A stretch of 64,000 nt of DNA, from positions 1,695 through 65,694 of the forward strand of contig CAYYAB010000001.1 in NCBI GenBank assembly GCA_964469895.1. Reading direction: 5' to 3'. The notes beneath the pieces are model-generated. The model did not search any database. It worked only from the letters and a program-made list of their open reading frames with translations, and was not told where the DNA came from. This document shows positions 8,880-15,425 of the stretch, in pieces (position 1 is the stretch's first letter; each line of letters opens with the position of its first letter). Source of the stretch: an uncultured bacterium (GTDB lineage: Bacteria; Deinococcota; Deinococci; Deinococcales; Marinithermaceae). The translations under genes were made by a program, and so were the position numbers.

Positions 8880-10595
8880 ATGGAACCGGTGGGCGTGGTC
8901 CTCGGCCGGCGGGAAGCGACCCCGCTTGAGTTCTGGGTCGGGGTCGAGGAAGGGGGGCTTTTGCGCCTCGATGACCTGGTCTACGCCGAAAGCGGCGGGG
9001 TCCGCTACTACGGCATGGTGGACCGGGTGATGAAGCTGCACGAGGGCAGCCAGTTCGACTCGGACGCATTCCTCGTCCGGGAGAACGTGCTCCCGGTGAA
9101 TACCGCCTACGTCGCCCACGTCACCGTCACCCGGCTCGAGCCCGAGGACTACCTCCCCCCCGAGCCTGGTTCCCCGGTCTACCTTGCCCGGGGCGAGCGG
9201 CTGCTCGAGGCGCTCTACTACGAGCGGATGCGGGAGCGGCTTCCGGTGGGGCTCCTCAGGAACGGCGAGCCGGCCTACGTGAACCTCGAGTTCCTCGACG
9301 GGCGCCGGGGCGGCCACGTGAACATCTCGGGGATCTCGGGGGTGGCGGCGAAGACGAGCTACGCACTCTTCTTGCTTTTCTCGCTTTACCGAAGCGGGGT
9401 TTTAAAGGACGCCGCGAGCGCCCGCACGCTCATCTTCAACGTCAAGGGCCAGGACCTCTTCTACCTCGACCGGCCGAACGCCCTGCTCAAGGACGAGGAC
9501 CGAAAGGCCTACCAGGCCCTCGGCCTGCCGGCGGAGCCCTTCGATAGCGTCGGGCTTTTTGCCCCGCCCCGCTTCGCCCCCGGGGAGGGGGAGCTCGTCC
9601 CCGAGACCAGCGGGCGCGACGAGGGCGTCGTCCCCTACCACTGGGACCTGGTCCAGTTCGCCCGGGAGGGGCTTTTGCCCTACCTCTTCGCCGACCGGGG
9701 GGCGATGACGAACCTCGGCTTCCTGATCGACCACGTCACCCTGCGGCTTGCCCAGCTCGCCCGCGACCAGGAGGGGCCCGCCCTTTTGGTGGACGACTGG
9801 GAGGGGGCCGAGGCCGCGCCGGTCACCTTCGACGCGCTGGGCAAGGTGGCGCTCACCACCTTCGACGACCTCGTGCTCTACCTCGAGGCGAAACTCCTCG
9901 GCCACGAGGCCGAGGGCGAGGAGGCGAAGGGCGACCCTCGCTGGATCGCCCGCCAGCACACCGGGACGCTGCAGGCCTTCATCCGCCGGTTGCGGGCGGC
10001 GGCGAAGCACGTGCGCCGGCTGATCCGGGGCGACCGGCCGGGCCGGCCCCCCGATCCCCTGAAGAGCGACCGCCAGCTCAACGTGGTGGACATCCACCGG
10101 CTCGCGCCCCAGGCCCAGATGTTCGTGGTGGGCGCGCTCCTCAAAGAGGTCTTCACCGCCAAGGAGGAAAACCGCTACCGCGGCAAGGTCTTCGTGGTGC
10201 TGGATGAGCTCAACAAGTACGCGCCCCGGGAAGGGGAGAGCCCGATCAAGGACATCCTCCTCGACATCGCCGAGCGCGGTCGCTCGCTCGGGGTGATCCT
10301 GATCGGGGCGCAGCAGACCGCGAGCGAGGTCGAACGGCGGGTGGTGGCGAACGCCGCCCTCCGGGTGGTGGGCCGGCTCGACGCCGCCGAGGCCGAGCGG
10401 CCCGAGTACCGCTACCTGCCCGGCGCCTTCCGGGAGCGGGCGTTGATCCTGCCCCAGGGGGCGGTAATCCTGCAGCAGCCCGAGGTGCCGGTGCCCCAGC
10501 TCGTCACCTTCCCCTTCCCGGCCTGGGCCACGAAGCAAAGCGAGGTGGCCGAGGACGTCTCGGCCGAGACCCTCCGGGACGAGCTCGACCTATGA
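8880..10595 (+). CDS. herA: HerA-like (FtsK-HerA superfamily, DUF87) hexameric ATPase
   Basis: N-terminal HAS-barrel-like region, P-loop region NISGISGVAAKTSY, Walker B KVFVVLDELNKYAP, and LGVILIGAQQTASEV. Resembles the Thermus HepA/HerA architecture. Confidence 0.8.
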   Translation: MEPVGVVLGRREATPLEFWVGVEEGGLLRLDDLVYAESGGVRYYGMVDRVMKLHEGSQFDSDAFLVRENVLPVNTAYVAHVTVTRLEPEDYLPPEPGSPVYLARGERLLEALYYERMRERLPVGLLRNGEPAYVNLEFLDGRRGGHVNISGISGVAAKTSYALFLLFSLYRSGVLKDAASARTLIFNVKGQDLFYLDRPNALLKDEDRKAYQALGLPAEPFDSVGLFAPPRFAPGEGELVPETSGRDEGVVPYHWDLVQFAREGLLPYLFADRGAMTNLGFLIDHVTLRLAQLARDQEGPALLVDDWEGAEAAPVTFDALGKVALTTFDDLVLYLEAKLLGHEAEGEEAKGDPRWIARQHTGTLQAFIRRLRAAAKHVRRLIRGDRPGRPPDPLKSDRQLNVVDIHRLAPQAQMFVVGALLKEVFTAKEENRYRGKVFVVLDELNKYAPREGESPIKDILLDIAERGRSLGVILIGAQQTASEVERRVVANAALRVVGRLDAAEAERPEYRYLPGAFRERALILPQGAVILQQPEVPVPQLVTFPFPAWATKQSEVAEDVSAETLRDELDL

Positions 10596-11755
10596 GAATC
10601 CTGCACACCGCCGACTGGCATTTAGGCAAGACCCTGAAGGGAGTGGACCGCACCCCGGAGATCGCCGCCGCGCTGGAGGAGGTCCTTAAGATCGTCGAGG
10701 GAGAGCGGGTCGAGCTCCTCGTCGCCGCCGGCGACCTCTTCGACCGGCCCCAGGTCCCGGCCGAGGCGGAGGCGGTCTTCTTCGACTTCCTGATGCGCTT
10801 AAGGGAGCTCGGGGTGCCCCTCCTTGGGGTGGCCGGCAACCACGATCCCCGGGCGCGGCTCGCCGCCTGGCGGGGGGTGCTCGAGCTCTTCGGCGCCGAG
10901 ATCGAGGCCGAGCTCAGGTTCTTCGAAGAGGGCGGGGTGCGCTCCCGCGGCCCGCTCCGCGCCGCCCTTTTGCCCTTTCTCTCCGAGCGCCGCGTGGTCA
11001 AGGCCACCGAGCTCATGGAAAAGGAGACCGGGGAGCAGCAGCAGGCCTACGCCGAGCGGATGCGCAAGGTGCTTTCAAACCTCGCCCAGGGCTTTTCGCC
11101 CGGGACCGCGAACCTCCTGGTGGGCCACCTCACCCTGGAGGGGGCGAACCTCCGGCTCGGGGGCGGCGAGTTCACCTTCTATGTGGGGAATAGCTACGCG
11201 GTGAAGCCCGACGCGCTTCCTACTGCTGCGGGGTACGTGGCGCTCGGGCACATCCACCGGCAGCAGCGGGTCTCGGACGCGCCGGTCGCGTATTACGCGG
11301 GCTCCTTGATCCAGCTCGACTTCGGCGAGGGGGAGGATGCGCCCCGGGGGGCGATTCTCCTCGAGCTCAAGCCGGGTAAGCCCGCGAGCATCCTGGAGGA
11401 GATCCAGGAGCGCTGGGGAAAGCCGCTTAGGACCTTTCGCCTTTCCCTGGACGAGCTCGACCGGAGGATCGGGGAGCTCGAGCGCTTTCCCGGTTACGGA
11501 AAGCTCGTCCTTAAAGGCCGGCCGGATCCGGTTTTAAGGGAGCGGCTCCTTTCTGAAAACCCGCATTTGCTCGAGGTGGTCTTCGAGTTCGAGGGCGTGC
11601 GGGAAGGGGGCGGTACGGAGGCCGAGGTGCTTGGCGTCGAGGAGGCCTACCGTCGCTACCACCAGGAGACCTACGGCGAGGCGCCGGAGGAAGCGCTCAT
11701 GCGGGCCTTCCGCCGGGCCCGGGAGGAGGCGGAGGATGCGGCCGCTTCGGCTTGA
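10592..11755 (+). CDS. sbcD: exonuclease SbcD / Mre11-family nuclease
   Basis: Phosphoesterase motifs ILHTADWHLGK, AGDLFD, GNHD and GHIH. Overlaps the herA stop by 4 nt. Confidence 0.92.
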   Translation: MRILHTADWHLGKTLKGVDRTPEIAAALEEVLKIVEGERVELLVAAGDLFDRPQVPAEAEAVFFDFLMRLRELGVPLLGVAGNHDPRARLAAWRGVLELFGAEIEAELRFFEEGGVRSRGPLRAALLPFLSERRVVKATELMEKETGEQQQAYAERMRKVLSNLAQGFSPGTANLLVGHLTLEGANLRLGGGEFTFYVGNSYAVKPDALPTAAGYVALGHIHRQQRVSDAPVAYYAGSLIQLDFGEGEDAPRGAILLELKPGKPASILEEIQERWGKPLRTFRLSLDELDRRIGELERFPGYGKLVLKGRPDPVLRERLLSENPHLLEVVFEFEGVREGGGTEAEVLGVEEAYRRYHQETYGEAPEEALMRAFRRAREEAEDAAASA

Positions 11756-14378
11756 GCTCGAGGGCTTCGGGCCGTATCGCACCCGTCAGGCGGTGGATTT
11801 CTCCGACGTCGAGCTCTTCGTCCTCACCGGCCCCACCGGGGCGGGCAAGACCACGATCCTGGACGCGATCGCCTTCGCCCTCTACGCCAAGACCCCGAGG
11901 GGTTTCAAGAAGTACGGCGAGCTCGTTCACCCCGGCGCCGACGTGGCCCGGGTGCAGCTCGTCTTCCAGGCCGGGGACGGGGTCTACCGGGTCACCCGGG
12001 CGGTGGGCAAAAAGAGCGAGCACCGGCTTGAGCGGGAGGAGGGTGGGCGGTTCCGCACCCTTCCCGACACCGAGAAGGTGAAGGCGCTGAACGAGCGGCT
12101 CGAGCGCGTGCTCGGGCTTTCCTTCGACGCCTTCACCCGGGCGATCCTTTTGCCCCAGGGGGAGTTCGACCGCTTTTTGAAGGGGGAGCCCAAGGAAAGG
12201 AGGGCGCTGCTCGCTTCCCTCTTCGGTCTCGAGACCCTTGCCGCCATGCGCGAGCGGGCGGGGGCGCACCGCGAGGAGGTGGCGAGGCGGCTTGAGCGCA
12301 TCGAGGGCGAGCTCGCCGGGCTCGGGGAGGGGGAGCCCCTGGAGGCCCTTCGCGAGGCCCTCGAGTCGAAGCGGGCCGAGCTCAAGCGGGCGGAGGAAGC
12401 GCTCGCCGCGGCGGAGAGGGCACTCGCGGAGCTCCAAAGCCGCTTCGAGCGATTCCAGGAGCTTGCCGAGGCCCGCCGGGCGCTCGCCGCGCTCCGGGCC
12501 CGGGAGGAGGAGATGGCCGAGCTCGAAAAGCGGCTTTCCCGGGCGGAGGCGGCGGCCCGGCTGATCCCGGAGCTCGACAGGTTGGAGGAAGAGGAAAAGC
12601 GCATCGAAAAGATCCGGGCGGAAAGGGACGCCCGCAAAGGGCGGCTGGAGGCGCTCCGCGAAAGGCTCCGCGAGATCGCGAGCAGGGCGGACCCTCATCG
12701 GCTCGCCGAGCTCCTCGAGGAGGAGGCCCGGCTTAAAGGGCTTATGGAAAAGCGCCGCTGGCTTTCCCGGCTGGGCCGGCCCGAGGACGAGGGGGAGGTG
12801 CTCCCCTTCGACGCCCTTTGGGTGCAGGAGCTCCTCGAACAGCGAAGGAGCCACGCCGAGCTCGCCCGGGAGCGGCGGCGTGCTGAAAGGTTGCGATTGG
12901 AGCTCGAGAACGTAAAGCGGGCGGCGGAGGAGCTCGAGCAAGCGATGGCCGAGCTCGCCGATCAGGGGACCAAGCTCGGAGAGGAGCTCAAAGCGGCCGA
13001 GGCCGAGCTCAAGGAGGCCGAGCTCCGGGCGGGGCTCGCCGCCTACCACGTGCACCTGAGGCGCGGTGAGCCCTGCCCCCTGTGCGGTCAGGTGGTCCGG
13101 GAGCCGCCGCCCAAGCCCGAAGGGCCGGATGCGCTCGGTCCCCTCCGCGAGCGGGTCGAGGAGCTCAAGGCGCGGGTCGAGGCGCTAAGAAACGAGTACC
13201 GCGCCCTGCGCTCCGAGCGACAGGCCAAGGAGATGCACGCGGAAAAGCTCGCCCGCGAGCTTTCGGAGCTGGAAAGGGCGCTCGGCGAGCGCGAGGCCGA
13301 GCTCCCGCCCGCCTCCGAGATCGAGGCCCGGCTCGCTGCTATGGCCCGGGGGCTCTTGCGCGAGCTCGGGGAGGAGGACCCCGAGGCGCGGCTCGCCCGG
13401 GTTCGGGCGGAAGAGGCCGCCTTGAAGGAGGCGGTTTCCAAGAAGGAGGCGTTGGAGAAGGAGCAGGGGGAGCTCGAGCGTGCGCTTGCCGGGCTTTCCG
13501 AGCGGCTTTTGGAGGCCGAGCGGGCCCGCAAGGCGATGCAAAGCCTCTTCTCGGCGAGGCTCGCCGAGGCCGGGTTTAAGGACGTCGCCGAGCTCAAAGC
13601 GAGCGCCCTGCCCGAGGCGGAGCGGGCGCGGATAATGGGGGAGCTCGAGCAATACCAAAAGGCGCGGGAGGCCCTTTCCGCCAAGGTCCGGGCGCTCGAG
13701 GACGCCCTCAAAGGCGAAGCGCCCCCGAGCCCCGCTGCGCTTAAGGAGGCGAGGGAGCGTACCGAGGGCCTCAAGTCCCAGGTCCTGCGCTTAAGCGGCG
13801 AGGTGGGCGAGCTCACCGAGCGGCTCCGGCGGCTTGAGGCCGAGGAGAAGCGGCGGAAGGTGCTCGAGAAGGAGCGGGCCGAGCTCACCCAGGAACTCCG
13901 GGTCTGGGAGAAGCTCGTCACCGACCTTCGCTCCGACCGCTTCCCCGAGTACCTGATCCACCACTACCAGCGGGGCCTGGTGGACCGGGCCTCCGAGATC
14001 CTGGCCGAGCTCTACCAAAACCGCTACCGCCTGGTAGCCGAGGGGGGCGACTACTTCGTGGAGGACACCTGGACGAGAAGCGTCCGCCCGGTGCGCACGC
14101 TCTCGGGGGGCGAGTCCTTCCTCGCTTCCCTGGCGCTCGCTCTCGCGCTTTCCGAGCGGCTTTCTGGCGGCAAGCTCGGGGCGCTCTTCCTCGACGAGGG
14201 GTTCGGGACGCTCGACCAGGAGACCCTCGAGTTCGCCGCCGGGGTGCTCGAGACCCTGCCCACCCGAGGGCGGCTCGTGGGGATCGTGACCCACGTGGCC
14301 GAGCTCGCCGAGCGCTTCCCCGAGCGGCTGGTGGTGGAGAAGTCGCCCTCGGGGAGCCGCGTCTACTGGGCGACCTAG
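11736..14378 (+). CDS. sbcC: exonuclease SbcC / Rad50-family SMC-like ATPase
   Basis: The start is chosen at MRPLRLELEGFGPY (ATG 11736) rather than the ORF-track 11631. P-loop GPTGAGKTT, long coiled coil, zinc hook CPLC (13074-13085), signature LSGGESF, Walker B LFLDEGFGTLD. Overlaps sbcD by 20 nt. Confidence 0.92.
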   Translation: MRPLRLELEGFGPYRTRQAVDFSDVELFVLTGPTGAGKTTILDAIAFALYAKTPRGFKKYGELVHPGADVARVQLVFQAGDGVYRVTRAVGKKSEHRLEREEGGRFRTLPDTEKVKALNERLERVLGLSFDAFTRAILLPQGEFDRFLKGEPKERRALLASLFGLETLAAMRERAGAHREEVARRLERIEGELAGLGEGEPLEALREALESKRAELKRAEEALAAAERALAELQSRFERFQELAEARRALAALRAREEEMAELEKRLSRAEAAARLIPELDRLEEEEKRIEKIRAERDARKGRLEALRERLREIASRADPHRLAELLEEEARLKGLMEKRRWLSRLGRPEDEGEVLPFDALWVQELLEQRRSHAELARERRRAERLRLELENVKRAAEELEQAMAELADQGTKLGEELKAAEAELKEAELRAGLAAYHVHLRRGEPCPLCGQVVREPPPKPEGPDALGPLRERVEELKARVEALRNEYRALRSERQAKEMHAEKLARELSELERALGEREAELPPASEIEARLAAMARGLLRELGEEDPEARLARVRAEEAALKEAVSKKEALEKEQGELERALAGLSERLLEAERARKAMQSLFSARLAEAGFKDVAELKASALPEAERARIMGELEQYQKAREALSAKVRALEDALKGEAPPSPAALKEARERTEGLKSQVLRLSGEVGELTERLRRLEAEEKRRKVLEKERAELTQELRVWEKLVTDLRSDRFPEYLIHHYQRGLVDRASEILAELYQNRYRLVAEGGDYFVEDTWTRSVRPVRTLSGGESFLASLALALALSERLSGGKLGALFLDEGFGTLDQETLEFAAGVLETLPTRGRLVGIVTHVAELAERFPERLVVEKSPSGSRVYWAT

Positions 14379-14427
14379 GGGAACCTGCCGCGACCGGTGC
14401 ACCGGAGGTAGCCCGGGTTTTGCCCCA

Positions 14428-14838
14428 TCACCGCCCGGAATCGCAAAGCCCCTCGGCGAGGCGCAAAAGCGACTCCCGAACGCGCGCGCCCGGCCTGAGC
14501 CCAAGCGCCCTGGCTACTTCGTTCACCCGGCTTAGGACGCCGTTTTCCCAGGTGTCCCGGGCCTCGCCGATCCGGGCCGAGGTGTGGGCGACCGCGGCGG
14601 CGGCGATGCCCGCTTCCTCCAGGATTTCGAGCCCCGCGACCCCGGCTTCGTCCTTGCCGATCCCGGCGTCGTTGAAGACCACGAGGAGAGGGCGGTAGGC
14701 GAGGGCGTAGCGGGCCGCCGAGCGCCCCCCGTGGGAGCCGGTGATCACGATCGCGCCGGTTTGCTCCTCGCCGCCCTCGGTCACCGAGTCGAGGAGGTAG
14801 ATCTGAAGACCGGCGAGTTGGATTTTCGTCTTGGCCAC
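14428..14838 (-). CDS. conserved-looking hypothetical protein (136 aa)
   Basis: Protein-like composition (IVITGSHGGRSAARYAL, AGIGKDEAGVAGLEILEEAGIAAAAV). GTG start preceded by TAAAGT (14850-14845) and 6 nt, suggesting a leaderless mRNA. Family not recognised. Confidence 0.6.
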   Translation of the reverse strand: MAKTKIQLAGLQIYLLDSVTEGGEEQTGAIVITGSHGGRSAARYALAYRPLLVVFNDAGIGKDEAGVAGLEILEEAGIAAAAVAHTSARIGEARDTWENGVLSRVNEVARALGLRPGARVRESLLRLAEGLCDSGR

Positions 14839-14887
14839 GAAACCACTTTAAGAGCAGAAAATAGGGCGCGGTCCCGCGCGAGGAACC

Positions 14888-15407
14888 GGACGCGCTTTTA
14901 AAGCAAAGGTCCCGCGGCCTTGGCGAGGGCGGGGCCGGGCTCGCGCGCCGGGGGTTTGGCTTTTCCAGAGGAAGGCCAAAGGGCACCGGAGGGGCGGTGC
15001 TTCGGTTTCGGGATTGGGCGGACGAGGTGCAAAAACGTCGCCGGTTTCCCGAGGGCTGGCGCTTTCGCCGCGAGGGGACGCGTCCAGCCTGGATCCGCTA
15101 CCCCAGCCTCTTGTTTATTCATAAGCACAAGGCTGCATCCCATCCTGCCCCGCGAGGAAAACGCGGCGCTCTCAGTGAGTTCGCCCGCATGGCCTTGCGG
15201 GGACTGGATCCTCGGCTTTCCGCGGAAAAGGTGGGTCGGCAAAGGGCGCTTTTTTGCCCGGTGGTGCTCGAGGCTTGACGCCCCGCCATGGGCGCTGGAC
15301 CGGTTGCGGGGGATGAAGATGGTTCGCCCGACCCGAGATCGAGGGCGTCCGCTTTGTTCGTCCGCGGGGGCCCGATTTCGATCTTGACCGGCTTTGAGGA
15401 CGCGCTT
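14888..15407. other. hairpin-rich non-coding segment flanked by a 10-bp direct repeat (candidate MITE-like insert and/or structured RNA)
   Basis: GGACGCGCTT occurs at 14888-14897 and 15398-15407. The inner ends TTAAAGCAAAGGTC (14898-) and the reverse complement of 15384-15397, TCAAAGCCGGTC, are imperfectly inverted. There are at least seven perfect short hairpins inside and no convincing ORF. Confidence 0.3.
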
Positions 15408-15413
15408 CGCCGG

Positions 15414-15419
15414 TAAACT
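15414..15419 (+). promoter_or_regulatory. -10 box TAAACT 6 nt before the murJ GTG (leaderless-type promoter)
   Basis: TAAACT-ctaccc-GTG. There is no SD sequence. Confidence 0.45.
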
Positions 15420-15425
15420 CTACCC

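Noticed and set aside
8880-10595. HerA as part of an anti-phage system (Sir2-HerA or DUF4297-HerA type).
   Set aside because: The partner upstream looks like NurA rather than Sir2 or DUF4297, and the operon continues into SbcCD. This points to DNA-end resection rather than abortive-infection defence.
14391-14402. Palindrome CCGGTGCACCGG between the convergent sbcC and the 136-aa gene, as a terminator.
   Set aside because: It allows only a 4-bp stem around a 4-nt loop and has no T tract. This is too weak to call.
14898-15242. 114-aa minus-strand ORF in the large intergenic region, with a K/P/A-rich tail resembling histone-H1/AlgP-like low complexity and ending just before a small hairpin plus T tract.
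   Set aside because: It has a TTG start without SD or -10, and third-position G+C of only about 70 percent by my count, clearly lower than neighbouring genes. It is R/P/G-rich in the first half, and I recognise no family. I kept it only as a remote possibility inside the intergenic-region finding.
15200-15295. ZTP (pfl) riboswitch-like fragments: GGGGACTGG and CCGCCATGGGCG.
   Set aside because: The 3-prime box has an extra base relative to CCGCCUGGGC. The P1/P2 sub-domain consensus is not recognisable. The downstream gene (murJ) is not a purine or folate gene and appears leaderless.
15310-15345. Fluoride (crcB) riboswitch-like GATGGTTCGCC segment.
   Set aside because: The obligatory 3-prime half (CTGATGA..CTCCTA-like) is missing, and no fluoride-related gene is downstream.
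14839-15425. Housekeeping RNAs in the big gap (RNase P RNA, tmRNA, SRP/4.5S RNA), and common riboswitches (TPP, cobalamin, SAM, SAH, c-di-GMP, c-di-AMP/ydaO, guanidine).
   Set aside because: I looked on both strands for the universally conserved cores: GAGGAAAGTCC, the tRNA-like tmRNA ends, GGAAGCAGCC, CTGAGA plus ACCTGATC, GCCACTG and others. I found only isolated short matches, for example CCCGAAACCGAAGC versus the ydaO CCGAACCCGACAGC. This is insufficient without a covariance-model search.
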